Positions 9,471 to 19,810 of a stretch of 64,000 nucleotides of DNA are shown here, in pieces. A program made the position numbers and the translations under genes. The stretch's first letter is position 1. Every line of letters starts with the position of its first letter. The DNA is from an uncultured beta proteobacterium (GTDB taxonomy: Bacteria > Pseudomonadota > Gammaproteobacteria > Burkholderiales > Burkholderiaceae_C): the NCBI GenBank assembly GCA_963826695.1, contig CAWGXZ010000007.1, positions 81,757-145,756 of the forward strand. Direction: 5' to 3'. A model generated the notes under the pieces. It was not told where the DNA came from, searched no databases, and worked only from the letters and a program-made list of their open reading frames with translations.

Positions 9471-9791
9471 CTAGCGCAGCCGCATGTCGTTGGCGACCGA
9501 GGCCACACCCGGGGTGCTGCGGGCGATCTCCACCGCACGTTCGATCGCCTGCTGCGAACTGATGAAGCCGCTCAGCTGGACGCGACCCTTGAAGGTGCGG
9601 ACGTTGAACTCGGCGGCACGGATGCCAGGCTCGGCGAGCAGCGCCGACTTGACACGGCCGGTCAGCAAGGTGTCGTCGACGAACTCGCCGGCACTCTCCT
9701 CAGACGGCACGGCGACACAACCGGTGAGCTGCGTGAGCATCGCCACAAGACAGAGCGCCACGAGGTGGCGGGATGTTGCGCAGGCAACCAT
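9471..9791 (-). CDS. BON-domain lipoprotein (OsmY-like)
   Basis: MVACATSRHLVALCLVAMLTQLTGC is a lipobox signal peptide. One BON domain follows (DDTLLTGRVKSALL...VQLSGFISSQQAIERAVEIARSTPGV). Trimmed from the 212-aa track ORF. Confidence 0.75.
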   Translation of the reverse strand: MVACATSRHLVALCLVAMLTQLTGCVAVPSEESAGEFVDDTLLTGRVKSALLAEPGIRAAEFNVRTFKGRVQLSGFISSQQAIERAVEIARSTPGVASVANDMRLR

Positions 9792-9969
9792 GGTGGGGGT
9801 TCTCCAGACGTCGTGGTTCAGCCGAGCGGCGGTGCGGTCGAGCCTAATCAACCCCGGGCCGCTGGGGCAGCCGTTCACGCCCCAAGGTGTGTGTTTTGCC
9901 ACGCGGCGCCGCAACAACTTGCGCGATGATCGCAGCTGCGGCTGGCGGCTCCTCAAATCAGGCGGTGCA

Positions 9970-11216
9970 TTGAACACGGAAACCCTACTGATTGCCACGG
10001 CGATTGTCGAAGCCTCGCTGGCGCTGGGGATGCTCGTCTCGGAATACGGGCAGCGGCGCCCCGGCTGGCGCCTGTGGGCCGCCTCGAGCGGCATGCGCGC
10101 CCTCAGCAACCTGGTTTATTTCGCACCCCTGGCCTTTGTACCCCTCATGCAGCGGCCGGTGACTTTTCTGGCGTCGTTGCTGGTGCTCGCGTCGGCAGCG
10201 TTGTCGATGCGCAGCATCGCGCAATTCGTCGGCACCCGCCCGCCCCGATGGCCCGACCTCGCGCCGTGGCTGCTCTGTGTCGGCGCCTATGTGGCTGCGT
10301 TCTGGGTGTACGGCGATACCCGCTGGCGAATCGCCATGATCTCGTTCGGCCTCGCCTACGGCTTCGGCTGGGCGTGCTGGCGAATCTGGACGGCGCCGGG
10401 CTCGATCGAGCACGAGCGCCGCTTTGCGGCGGTCGCGCTCGGCGGCTGGTGCATTCTGCTGGTGAGCCGTGCCGTCTATGCGCTGACGCTCGGAAACGTG
10501 CCGGAGAACTTGCTGCGCGCCCAGGCCATGCACCCCTGGTACTTCCTCGCCTACCTGTCGCGGCCGTGGCCACCGTGGTGGCGCTGCTGGCAATGCGCAA
10601 TCGCCAGCTGCTGAGCGAACTGGACGTGGCGCGGCGGGATGCGATCCGTCGCGCGGATTACGACATGCTGACCGGGGTGCTCAGCCGAGCGGCCTTGCTC
10701 GAGCGCGCCGAGGCCATGTTCAACGATTCACTGGCGCAGAACCGGCCGCTCTGGCTGTTCATGGTCGACGTCGATCATTTCAAGCAGGTCAACGACCGTT
10801 TTGGCCATCTTGTCGGCGACACGGCATTGCGGGCCGTGGGTGAGGTCATACGACAGCAGATTCCGAAGCCGCGGCTCGCAGGCCGTTTCGGCGGCGAGGA
10901 ATTCATGATTGCGCTGTTCGGCGAGCATGGCGAATCGCCCAGGGCGATGGCCGAAACCTTGCGGCTGGCGATCCACTCGATCTCGATGGACAGCGGCCGG
11001 CGCGCCGGTGGGCTGACCGTGAGCATCGGCGTAGCCACGCGGGACGAGGCCGACCGCAGCCTGACCGATCTCATCCGCCGTGCCGACGAGGCCCTGCTCG
11101 AGGCCAAGGCAACCGGGCGCGACCGCGTCGTCCTCGGCCCGGCCGGCGGGTCGACGCCGCCGGTCGGCGCGGCGACCCAGTTGAAGTTCCGCCACTCCGA
11201 TTTCATCGTGCCCTGA
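9970..11216 (+). pseudogene. Membrane-anchored diguanylate cyclase (GGDEF) whose reading frame is broken near 10555-10560
   Basis: Frame 1 carries a multi-TM N-terminus (LNTETLLIATAIVEASLALGML...HPWYFLAYL) and stops at 10614. The next frame continues the same helix (VAAVATVVALLAMRNRQLL) into a complete GGDEF domain (DHFKQVNDRFGH...GRFGGEEF...). Confidence 0.55.
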
Positions 11217-11259
11217 GGCACGCGGCGTCGCACGCCGAGATGTGATCCGTCGTGCGCCA

Positions 11260-11529
11260 TCACGCGGCGCAGCGCATAGCACTGGCGTTCCGGCTGCCGA
11301 GCTGCCACAGGTCGAGATCCGCGAAGGCCCCGGCGACCGGCAGCTCCTCGCGCACTTCGAGCCCTTGCCAGAGATCGAACGATGATTCGAACCAGCCGGG
11401 ACCCACCGGCAGCTCGTCGCTGGCGGCTGTAGCCACGAGGTGGTGCAGGCCGCCCTCGGCGCGTGCAGGCATTGCGACGGTGGCGGCATTTGCGGCAGCT
11501 GCGGGGCGGCGGAAGGTCAGTCGGGCCAT
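11260..11529 (-). CDS. Small hypothetical protein (89 aa)
   Basis: ATG preceded by CAGGAGCACATC, an AGGAG-type ribosome-binding site at good spacing. Third codon positions are G/C-rich. It fills an otherwise empty gap. I recognise no family. Confidence 0.5.
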   Translation of the reverse strand: MARLTFRRPAAAANAATVAMPARAEGGLHHLVATAASDELPVGPGWFESSFDLWQGLEVREELPVAGAFADLDLWQLGSRNASAMRCAA

Positions 11530-11699
11530 GATGTGCTCCTGTCTGGAATGGCTCCAGTTTCCATGTCGCCTTGCATGGGCGCCATCCTTCCGAGGTCGGA
11601 ACAGAGCGCCTTTTCATCACCCGTCGGGAGCACCCGCATCGGGGCACCCGAAAGGGGGTGGCACGGCCTTGCCATGGCATCCGCCACAATTCCCGGCCG

Positions 11700-12470
11700 A
11701 TGGTCACCTGGCTCGACGACGAGCGGCAAGCCCTGCCGCCAACTGCCCATGCACTGCCGGCCAGCTCGGAGCTGGCTGGCCTGCTTGCCGCTGGCGGGCG
11801 ACTGACGCCGCAGCGCCTGCACGAGGCCTACACGCACGGTGTCTTCCCGTGGTTCGGCGTCAACCAGCCCGTGCTCTGGTGGTCGCCCGATCCACGCATG
11901 GTGCTGCCAGTCGGCGAGTTTCGGCTGTCGCGCTCGCTGCGCAAGACGATTCACCGCTTCACCCAAGCGCCCGGGTGCGTGCTGCGCATCGATACCGCCT
12001 TCGACGAGGTCATTGCCGCGTGCGCATCGACGCCGCGCGAAGGCCAGGCGGGCACCTGGATCGTCGAGGAGATGGTCGACGCCTACCGCCGTTGGCATGC
12101 GCTCGGCACGGTGCACAGCTTCGAGACCTGGATCGACGGCGAACTGGCCGGCGGCCTCTACGGCGTTTCGCTCGGCCGGATGTTCTTCGGCGAATCGATG
12201 TTCGCGCGGCGCAGCGACGCCTCGAAGATTGCGCTGGCCGGCCTGGTCTGCTTTGCCCGCGAGCACGGCATCGCGATGATCGACTGCCAGCAACGCACCT
12301 CGCACCTGGCGTCGCTCGGCGCGCGGGAGATCGGCCGCTGCGAGTTCGAGTCCCGATTGCAGGCGGCCGTCGCCAAGCCGCCGATCGACGACTGGTCCTA
12401 TGATGCCGCGCTGTGGCGCCACCTGGCCGGTCGGACGGCGCCGGACCGTGACGAGGAGGTTACCGGATGA
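11700..12470 (+). CDS. aat: Leucyl/phenylalanyl-tRNA--protein transferase
   Basis: [10 protein letters not shown]...[12 protein letters not shown]...[18 protein letters not shown] are Aat signatures. Start trimmed to ATG 11700. Confidence 0.9.
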   Translation: MVTWLDDERQALPPTAHALPASSELAGLLAAGGRLTPQRLHEAYTHGVFPWFGVNQPVLWWSPDPRMVLPVGEFRLSRSLRKTIHRFTQAPGCVLRIDTAFDEVIAACASTPREGQAGTWIVEEMVDAYRRWHALGTVHSFETWIDGELAGGLYGVSLGRMFFGESMFARRSDASKIALAGLVCFAREHGIAMIDCQQRTSHLASLGAREIGRCEFESRLQAAVAKPPIDDWSYDAALWRHLAGRTAPDRDEEVTG

Positions 12471-13198
12471 CCCATCCCAAGGAGCTTCCGCTCGCCTCGC
12501 TGCAGTTCTATGCCACGGCGCCGTATCCGTGCAGTTACCTTTCGCAGCGGATGGCGCGCTCGCAGGTCGCCACGCCGAGCCACCTGATCCACGCCGACGC
12601 CTATTCCGGGCTGGTCGCCACCGGCTTCCGGCGTAGCGGCCTGTTCACCTACCGGCCTTACTGCGATGGCTGCCACGCCTGTGTGCCGCTGCGGCTTCCG
12701 GTCGACGGCTTCGAGCCGTCCCGCAGCCAGCGCCGCGCCTGGAAGCGCCACGCCGGGCTGCAGGCCCGCGTGCTGCGCCTGGGCTTCGTCGCCGAACACT
12801 ACCAGCTGTACCTGCGCTACCAGGCCGGCCGCCACAGCGGCGGCGGCATGGACCACGACAGCATCGACCAGTACACCCAGTTCCTGCTGCAAAGCCGCGT
12901 CAACTCGCGGTTGGTCGAGTTCCGCAGCGCTGACGGCGCGCTGAAGATGGTGTCGATCCTGGACGTGCTCAACGACGGCCTGTCGGCCGTCTACACCTTC
13001 TACGAGCCCGAACCCGACGCCAGCTACGGCACCTACAACGTGCTCTGGCAGGTCGAGCAGACCCGCCAGTTGCGGCTGCAGCACGTCTACCTGGGCTACT
13101 GGATCGAAGCCAGCCCCAAGATGGCCTACAAGGCCAACTTCAGACCGCACGAACGGTTGATCGAGGGCGAGTGGTTGCGCGTCGACGCCCGAGCCTGA
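12467..13198 (+). CDS. bpt: Arginyl-tRNA-protein-transferase-family leucyltransferase (Bpt)
   Basis: [14 protein letters not shown]...[23 protein letters not shown] are ATE_N/ATE_C motifs. ATGA overlap with aat. Confidence 0.9.
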   Translation: MTHPKELPLASLQFYATAPYPCSYLSQRMARSQVATPSHLIHADAYSGLVATGFRRSGLFTYRPYCDGCHACVPLRLPVDGFEPSRSQRRAWKRHAGLQARVLRLGFVAEHYQLYLRYQAGRHSGGGMDHDSIDQYTQFLLQSRVNSRLVEFRSADGALKMVSILDVLNDGLSAVYTFYEPEPDASYGTYNVLWQVEQTRQLRLQHVYLGYWIEASPKMAYKANFRPHERLIEGEWLRVDARA

Positions 13199-13250
13199 AT
13201 TTGCATTCGACAGCGAACCGGGGCAGCCACACGCGCTGCGCCGGATTCCG

Positions 13251-14015
13251 TCAAGCGACGAGGGCGATCATCCGGTCGAGCAGCGCGACAACCTCGTCCT
13301 GACCGTCGAGGAAGAACATGGCCTGCGAATGCGGATCGTCGCGGCCGATGCGCACCGTCAGCCAGTCGGTGGCGGCACGACCGAACACGGTTTCGTCGTT
13401 GACGTCGTCACCGATGAAGAAGGCCACGTCGGCGTCGCAGCGCGCGAGCAGCGCGGCAACCGCGTCGCCCTTGTCGGGCGCGGCCGCATCGACGATGTTC
13501 ACGACGCACTTGCCGCCGAACGTTGCAAGCGCGGGATCGAGTTCCTGCATCAGGACCTCGATGGCCGCGGCGGCCATTCCAGGATCGGCGGCGCGGCGGT
13601 AGTGCAGCGCGAGCGAGTGCCCCTTGTCCTCGATCTGCACGCCGCGCACATTCCACGCGTCGCGCTCGGCCGCCAGGCGAACCCGCAGCGCGTCGAGTGC
13701 CGCGCTGCAGTTGTCAGCCACCAACCCGGCCGGCGCCGCGGCAGGATCCTCGGCTCCATGGCTGCCGATCAGGTGCTGCGGCGTGAAGCCGAGCCGCGGC
13801 TGCACGTCGGCCACCGCCCTGCCCGTGACGATGGCCAGCGGCAGCCGCCCCGCGAGCCATTGCAGCCGGTCAGCAATCTCCGGTGCGGCGCGGGCATCGT
13901 CGGGGCGCTCGACGATCGGCGCCAGCGTGCCGTCGAAGTCGAAGGCCAGCAACGGCCGGCGCCGCATCAGCGAAGCCAGCGCGGCCTCGCCCTCGGGGCT
14001 GAAGAGGTGCTGCAT
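13251..14015 (-). CDS. otsB: Trehalose-6-phosphate phosphatase
   Basis: [14 protein letters not shown] is HAD motif I and FIGDDVNDE is motif IV. It lies directly downstream of otsA. Confidence 0.85.
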   Translation of the reverse strand: MQHLFSPEGEAALASLMRRRPLLAFDFDGTLAPIVERPDDARAAPEIADRLQWLAGRLPLAIVTGRAVADVQPRLGFTPQHLIGSHGAEDPAAAPAGLVADNCSAALDALRVRLAAERDAWNVRGVQIEDKGHSLALHYRRAADPGMAAAAIEVLMQELDPALATFGGKCVVNIVDAAAPDKGDAVAALLARCDADVAFFIGDDVNDETVFGRAATDWLTVRIGRDDPHSQAMFFLDGQDEVVALLDRMIALVA

Positions 14016-14031
14016 TCAGTGCGGTTGGTAA

Positions 14032-16266
14032 TCAGTCGCGCCGATGCCGCTGCACCCGCGCCTCGATGCGCTCGCGCAAGCGCCAGCGGCCGGCGTCGGC
14101 GAGCATCCGTCCTGCCCAGCGGAAGACGTTGAACTCGCGCACCGTCATGCGCAGGCTCGCCATGCGTTCGCGCTGCTCGGCTTCGGGCATCGTCAGCGCG
14201 CGATGCAGCGCGTCGGCCGTTTCCTCGACATGGTACGGGTTGACGATCAGCGCCTCGGTCATCTCGCGGGCCGCCCCGGCGAACTGGCTCAGGATCAGCA
14301 CGCCGCGCTCGTCGTCGCGGGCGGCGACGAACTCCTTGCAGACCAGGTTCATGCCGTCGTGCAGGCTGGTCACCAGGCAGACGTCGGCCGCGCGGTAGAG
14401 CTCGTTGACGGCGTCGTGGTCGTGCTGCGACGCCAGGAGGTGCACCGGACGGTAGTCGTCCCGGCCGAAGCGGCCATTGATCCGGTCGGTGACCGCGTGG
14501 ATGCGCTCCTGAAACAGCCGGTACTCGTCGAGCGAGCTGCGCGAAGGCGACGCGACCTGGATGAAGCTGAAGCGCCCGATCCATTCCGGCCGCTTCTCGA
14601 GCAGCCGCTCGACCGCATGCAGCCGCTCGAGAATGCCCTTGGTGTAGTCGAAGCGGTCGACGCCGACCGCCAGCCGGTGCTCGGCGGGAATGCCCAGCCG
14701 ATCGGCGACGGCACGCCGGCACGCTTCCACACTCGGCCAGGCACCGATCGTCTGCGCAGACGGCCACTCGATCGAAATCGGATAGCTCTCGACGAAGGTG
14801 TCGTCCTCCTGGAAGGTGATCGTCGAATGCTCGTGCTCGATCCGGGCTTCGAGGTAGCGGTCGACCGTCTCGATGAAATTCTTGCAGTGGTAGCGGGTGT
14901 GGAAGCCCAGGATCGTGCTGCCGAGCATGCCCTCGAGAATCTCGCGGCGCCACGGACAGATGCCGAACGACTCCGGGTTCGGCCAGGGGATGTGCCAGAA
15001 GGTCAGGATGGTCGCGCGCGGCAGCCGCTTGCGCACCATCGCCGGCAACAGCGCGAAGTGGTAGTCCTGCACCAGCACCACCGGGTCCTCGCCATGCGCC
15101 TCGGCAACGACGGCGTCGGCAAAGCGCTGGTTGACCTCGCGGTAACGCTGCCAATCGGATTCGCGGAACACGGGTCGAACATGGGCGACGTGGCAAAGCG
15201 GCCAGAGCCCTTCGTTGGCGAAGCCGTAGTAGTAGCCCTGCTCCTCCTCGGCGCTCAACCAGAGCCGGCGCAGCGTGTATTCCTCATGGCCCGGCGGCAC
15301 GCGCACCCGGTCGTCGGCGTCGACCACCTGGCGGTCGGCGCTGCCGCTGCCGTGCGCGATCCAGGTACCCGAGCAGGCGCGCATCACCGGCTCGACTGCG
15401 GTGACCAGGCCGCTCGCGGGTCGGGTGACGACGACCTGGCCGTCCTTCAGCTCGTGCAGGTACGGCTCGCGGTTCGAGACGACGATCACCTGGTCGCCAC
15501 GCAGCTGGGAACGCAGCAGCGCGCGCAGTCGCTCGGGGTTCCACTCGGCCGCGGGGCCCTGGGAGCGGCGGTATTCGTCGTCGAGGTCCTGCAGGTGCGC
15601 CCGAAGCTCGGCGATCACCGGCTCGAGTTCCGGCGCGGAGTCGAGCATCGGCCGCACCAGCCCTTCGCCGCGCAGCAGCGCCCGGGTACCGGAAATCCAG
15701 CCGCGCCAGCTGAGCTGCGCCACGACCATCGTGATCAGCGCAATCGTCACCCCGAGTGCTGCGATCAGGATGATCAAGTACTTCTGGGTGTCCTCGCTGC
15801 GCCGGTCGATGAAGCTCAGGTCGTGCAACATGACGAGGTCGGCCACATGGCCGCTCTCGCCGTTGATCGCATGCACGCCGACGTGCACCGGCCCGCCGTT
15901 GATCCGCAGCTGGGGATCGTCGAGCAGGCCGACCTCGCGTGCCGTGGCGCAGGTCACCGATGCCGGCATCCCGGCAGTGCGCACGAGCAGGGTGCCGTCG
16001 GTGGCGCACAAGCCGATGGCGACCAGCCGCTCGGCCTGCACCGAACGGTTGAACAATGCCTGCAGCCGTGCGATTCGGCCTTCATCCAGGGCATCGGTGA
16101 CCGTGTCCGACAGCGTGCTCGCCACCAGGCTGCCGCGCAGGTTCAGGTCACGCGCGAACCAGCGCAAGGTCAGCCGGTCCATCAGCGGCACCGCCAGGTA
16201 GGCAGCGGCGACCAGCGTCAGCAGCAGCGGAACGAGAAAACGAAGCTGGAGTCGAAGTGTTTTCAT
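14032..16266 (-). CDS. otsA: Trehalose-6-phosphate synthase (GT20) with an extra N-terminal 2-TM module of about 258 aa
   Basis: The C-terminal roughly 485 aa are OtsA-like ([10 protein letters not shown]...[12 protein letters not shown]...[11 protein letters not shown]...SLHDGMNLV). The N-terminus has TM1 ([18 protein letters not shown]), a loop of about 130 aa, and TM2 ([23 protein letters not shown]). Confidence 0.85.
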   Translation of the reverse strand: MKTLRLQLRFLVPLLLTLVAAAYLAVPLMDRLTLRWFARDLNLRGSLVASTLSDTVTDALDEGRIARLQALFNRSVQAERLVAIGLCATDGTLLVRTAGMPASVTCATAREVGLLDDPQLRINGGPVHVGVHAINGESGHVADLVMLHDLSFIDRRSEDTQKYLIILIAALGVTIALITMVVAQLSWRGWISGTRALLRGEGLVRPMLDSAPELEPVIAELRAHLQDLDDEYRRSQGPAAEWNPERLRALLRSQLRGDQVIVVSNREPYLHELKDGQVVVTRPASGLVTAVEPVMRACSGTWIAHGSGSADRQVVDADDRVRVPPGHEEYTLRRLWLSAEEEQGYYYGFANEGLWPLCHVAHVRPVFRESDWQRYREVNQRFADAVVAEAHGEDPVVLVQDYHFALLPAMVRKRLPRATILTFWHIPWPNPESFGICPWRREILEGMLGSTILGFHTRYHCKNFIETVDRYLEARIEHEHSTITFQEDDTFVESYPISIEWPSAQTIGAWPSVEACRRAVADRLGIPAEHRLAVGVDRFDYTKGILERLHAVERLLEKRPEWIGRFSFIQVASPSRSSLDEYRLFQERIHAVTDRINGRFGRDDYRPVHLLASQHDHDAVNELYRAADVCLVTSLHDGMNLVCKEFVAARDDERGVLILSQFAGAAREMTEALIVNPYHVEETADALHRALTMPEAEQRERMASLRMTVREFNVFRWAGRMLADAGRWRLRERIEARVQRHRRD

Positions 16267-16385
16267 TCAGCGGTCGGCACCGGACAGGTCGTCCCTGGTT
16301 CGGCCGCGGCGCTCACAGCCTCGTCGGCGCGGAAGTCGCGAGACGGTCGGCTGGCCCTTACAGGGGTTGCGATCGAACACGTGAC

Positions 16386-16460
16386 TGGTGGGCGGTGCAG
16401 GGTTCGAACCTGCGACTTCCACCGTGTGAAGGTGGCACTCTACCGCTGAGTTAACCGCCC
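16386..16460 (-). tRNA. tRNA-Val (anticodon CAC), CCA encoded
   Basis: Reverse complement is GGGCGGTTAACTCAGCGGTAGAGTGCCACCTTCACACGGTGGAAGTCGCAGGTTCGAACCCTGCACCGCCCACCA. It folds by hand into a cloverleaf with a 7-bp acceptor stem, anticodon loop TTCACAC and a T-loop TTCGAAC. Confidence 0.9.
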
Positions 16461-16505
16461 GGAAAACCGGTGCGACGCGCCGTGGCCCGCCGCAGAAGCC
16501 GGCAA

Positions 16506-17210
16506 TTATGCCATCGCCGTCCGCCAGACCGTCTTGCCGCCGGAGGCCTTGTCGATCGCCCGCAGCACGGCTTCGTGCGCCTCGGCTTCGGCATCGCTCG
16601 GCTGCAGCACGGGCAGGTCGAAACTGCGCAGATCGACGGCGGCGACGGCAACGCCACCCATCTCAGCCGGATTCACGTCGATGACCAGCGACTCCTGGCC
16701 GCGCGTCATGCGGATGTAGACCTCGGCCAGCAACTCGGCGTCGAGCAGCGCGCCGTGCAGCGTGCGGCCGCTGTTGTCGACTTCGAGGCGGCGACAGAGT
16801 GCATCGAGCGAGTTGGCTTTGCCCGGATACAGGTCGCGCGCCATCGCCAGGCTGTCGTCGATGCGGCCGACGCAACTCTGCAGGCGTGGACGGCCGACGC
16901 GCTTCAGCTCCTCGTTGATGAAGCCGACGTCGAAGGCGGCGTTGTGGATGACCAGGTCGGCACCGGAAAGGAAGGCGACCAACTCGTCGACGACCGCTTC
17001 GAAGCGCGGCTTGTCGGCAAGGAAGGCGTCGCTGAGCCCGTGCACCTTCAAGGCGTCCTCGTGGCTCGAACGATCGGGGTTCAGGTAGAAGTGCAGGTTC
17101 CGACCCGTCAGGCGCCGGTCGAGCATCTCCACACAGCCGATTTCGATGATCCGGTCGCCGTTCTCGGCGAACAGCCCGGTCGTCTCGGTATCCAGGAAGA
17201 TCTGGCGCAT
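16506..17210 (-). CDS. dnaQ: DNA polymerase III epsilon subunit (3'-5' proofreading exonuclease)
   Basis: MRQIFLDTETTGL (ExoI)...LVIHNAAFDVGF (ExoII)...HGALLDAELLAEVY (ExoIII). Confidence 0.92.
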   Translation of the reverse strand: MRQIFLDTETTGLFAENGDRIIEIGCVEMLDRRLTGRNLHFYLNPDRSSHEDALKVHGLSDAFLADKPRFEAVVDELVAFLSGADLVIHNAAFDVGFINEELKRVGRPRLQSCVGRIDDSLAMARDLYPGKANSLDALCRRLEVDNSGRTLHGALLDAELLAEVYIRMTRGQESLVIDVNPAEMGGVAVAAVDLRSFDLPVLQPSDAEAEAHEAVLRAIDKASGGKTVWRTAMA

Positions 17211-17214
17211 CGGG

Positions 17215-18030
17215 TCAACCCAGGGCAGCGGGCGCCGCCGGCTGCCGGCTGCCCCACAGCCACATGACGACGCCGGCGGCGACCATCGGCAGGCTGAGCC
17301 ACTGGCCCAGGCTCAGGTTCATGGCCAGGAGACCGAGAAAGTCGTCGGGTTCCCGGAAGTATTCGGCCGTGAAGCGCAGCAGCCCGTAGCCGACCAGGAA
17401 AGCGCCGGAAACCTGCCCGAGTCGCCGTGGCCTGCGCGCATAAAGCCACAGAAGCACGAACAGCAGCATGCCTTCGAGCGCGAACTGGTAGAGCTGGGAA
17501 GGATGGCGCGGCACCGACGTTCCCGACTGCGGAAAGACCATCGCCCAGGGCAGCGACGGGTCGGCCGCCCGGCCCCACAGCTCGCCGTTGATGAAATTGC
17601 CGATCCGGCCCATGGCCAGGCCGGTCGGTATGCACGGCGCAATCAGGTCGGTCACTTCCAGAAAGCGCCGGCCGCGGCGCCGGGCGAACAGCGCCATCGC
17701 CAGCAGCACGCCGAGCAGTCCGCCATGAAACGACATGCCGCCCTTCCAGACCGCCAGGATGTCGAGCGGGTTGGCGAGGTAGTGCCCGGGCTTGTAGAAC
17801 AGCGAGTACCCGATCCGCCCGCCGAGGATGACGCCGAGCACGCCGAAGAACAGCAGGTCGTCGACGTCGCGCCGGCTCCAGCCGGCAGCCTGCTGCTGTG
17901 GCTGGCGCACCCGTGCGGCAGCCAGTGCGATGAACAGCCCGAACGCAGCCAGGTAGGTCAGCCCGTACCAATGGATCGCCAGCGGGCCGATCTGTACCGC
18001 GACGGGGTCGAACTGGGGATGGACGAGCAT
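17215..18030 (-). CDS. lgt: Prolipoprotein diacylglyceryl transferase
   Basis: [12 protein letters not shown]...[12 protein letters not shown]...[14 protein letters not shown] are Lgt signatures. Length is 271 aa. Confidence 0.92.
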   Translation of the reverse strand: MLVHPQFDPVAVQIGPLAIHWYGLTYLAAFGLFIALAAARVRQPQQQAAGWSRRDVDDLLFFGVLGVILGGRIGYSLFYKPGHYLANPLDILAVWKGGMSFHGGLLGVLLAMALFARRRGRRFLEVTDLIAPCIPTGLAMGRIGNFINGELWGRAADPSLPWAMVFPQSGTSVPRHPSQLYQFALEGMLLFVLLWLYARRPRRLGQVSGAFLVGYGLLRFTAEYFREPDDFLGLLAMNLSLGQWLSLPMVAAGVVMWLWGSRQPAAPAALG

Positions 18031-18051
18031 GGCGCGGCGGTCGAAAGGGCG

Positions 18052-18080
18052 GGCGATGATAAGCGCCGGATATCATCGCC
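18052..18080. promoter_or_regulatory. Perfect 10-bp inverted repeat in the lgt/ilvD divergent intergenic region (candidate operator or 5'-UTR hairpin)
   Basis: GGCGATGATA-agcgccgga-TATCATCGCC, read directly. It lies 48 nt upstream of the ilvD ATG. Confidence 0.35.
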
Positions 18081-18127
18081 GGCCGCACCAGCGGGCGTGC
18101 GCCCGCCCACCTTCGCAGAGACTTGAC

Positions 18128-19810
18128 ATGAGCATCAACCGCCGCTCGAAGAACATCACCGAGGGCGTGGCGCGCGCGCCGAACCGCTCGATGTACTACG
18201 CGCTCGGCTACCAGGAAGCCGACTTCAAGAAGCCGATGATCGGCGTCGCCAACGGCCATTCGACGATCACGCCGTGCAACTCCGGGCTGCAGAAGCTGGC
18301 CGACGCGGCAGTCGCTGGTATCGAGGCGGCCGGCGGCAACGCGCAGATCTTCGGCACGCCGACGATCAGCGACGGCATGGCGATGGGCACCGAAGGCATG
18401 AAGTACAGCCTGGTCTCGCGCGAAGTGATTGCCGACTGCGTCGAGACCTGCGTCGGCGGCCAGTGGATGGACGGCGTGCTGGTTGTCGGCGGCTGCGACA
18501 AGAACATGCCCGGCGGGATGATGGGCATCCTGCGCGCCAACGTGCCGGCGATCTACGTCTATGGCGGCACCATCCTGCCGGGGCGCTACAAGGGCCAGGA
18601 CCTGAACATCGTCAGCGTCTTCGAGGCGGTCGGCCAGTACAGCGCCGGCAACCTGAGCGAAGAGGACTTCGGCGAGATCGAGCGCCGCGCCATTCCCGGC
18701 AGCGGCTCGTGCGGCGGCATGTACACCGCCAACACGATGAGCTCGGCGTTCGAGGCGCTCGGCATGAGCCTGCCGTACTCGTCGACGATGGCCAATCCGC
18801 ACGACGAGATCGCCGAAAGCGCGATGGAAGCCGCGCGGGTGCTGGTCGAAGCGGTCCGCGCCGACCTCAAGCCGCGCGACATCGTGACCCGCAAGTCGAT
18901 CGAGAACGCCGTCGCGCTGATCATGGCCACCGGCGGCTCGACCAACGCGGTGCTGCACTTCCTGGCGATTGCCCACGCCGCCGATGTCCAATGGTCGATC
19001 GACGACTTCGAGCGCGTTCGCCAGCGCGTGCCGGTGCTTTGCGACCTGAAGCCCTCCGGCCGCTTTCTCGCCGTCGACCTGCACCGCGCCGGCGGCATTC
19101 CGCAGGTGATGAAGCTGCTGCTGAATGCCGGCCTGCTGCACGGCGACTGCATGACGATCACCGGCAAGACGCTCGCCGAGAACCTGGCCGATGTGCCGGA
19201 CCAGCCGCGCGCCGACCAGGAGGTGATCCGCCGTCTCGACGCGCCGATGTACGCGCACGGCCACCTGGCGATCCTCAAGGGCAACCTGGCGCCCGAGGGC
19301 TGCGTGGCCAAGATCACCGGGCTGAAGAACCCGGTGATCACCGGGCCGGCGCGGGTCTTCGACGACGAGCAGTCGGCACTCGCCGCGATCATGGCGCAGC
19401 GCATCGTCGCCGGCGACGTGATGGTGCTGCGCTACCTGGGCCCGAAGGGCGGGCCGGGGATGCCGGAGATGCTGGCACCGACCGGCGCGCTAATCGGCCA
19501 GGGCCTCGGCGAAAGCGTCGGCCTGATCACCGACGGTCGCTTCTCGGGCGGCACCTGGGGCATGGTCGTCGGCCATGTCGCGCCGGAGGCCTACGCCGGC
19601 GGCACCATCGCGCTGGTCGAGGAAGGTGACCGCATCACCATCGACGCGCACACGCTGACGCTGCAACTGCATGTCGACGACGCGGTCCTCGCCACGCGCC
19701 GCGCCGCCTGGCGTGCCCCGGCACCGCGCTACAACCGCGGCGTGCTGGCCAAGTTCGCCTTGAATGCGGCCAGCGCCAGCCACGGCGCCGTGCTCGACCG
19801 CTTCGAGTGA
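18128..19810 (+). CDS. ilvD: Dihydroxy-acid dehydratase
   Basis: [28 protein letters not shown]...GGCDKNMPG...[13 protein letters not shown]...TDGRFSGGT. Start trimmed to ATG 18128. Confidence 0.93.
   Translation: MSINRRSKNITEGVARAPNRSMYYALGYQEADFKKPMIGVANGHSTITPCNSGLQKLADAAVAGIEAAGGNAQIFGTPTISDGMAMGTEGMKYSLVSREVIADCVETCVGGQWMDGVLVVGGCDKNMPGGMMGILRANVPAIYVYGGTILPGRYKGQDLNIVSVFEAVGQYSAGNLSEEDFGEIERRAIPGSGSCGGMYTANTMSSAFEALGMSLPYSSTMANPHDEIAESAMEAARVLVEAVRADLKPRDIVTRKSIENAVALIMATGGSTNAVLHFLAIAHAADVQWSIDDFERVRQRVPVLCDLKPSGRFLAVDLHRAGGIPQVMKLLLNAGLLHGDCMTITGKTLAENLADVPDQPRADQEVIRRLDAPMYAHGHLAILKGNLAPEGCVAKITGLKNPVITGPARVFDDEQSALAAIMAQRIVAGDVMVLRYLGPKGGPGMPEMLAPTGALIGQGLGESVGLITDGRFSGGTWGMVVGHVAPEAYAGGTIALVEEGDRITIDAHTLTLQLHVDDAVLATRRAAWRAPAPRYNRGVLAKFALNAASASHGAVLDRFE

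Noticed and set aside
16267-16505. Possible integration site or island at tRNA-Val
   Set aside because: The tRNA is flanked on both sides by core genes (otsA, dnaQ) with short spacers, and there are no direct repeats of the tRNA 3' end.
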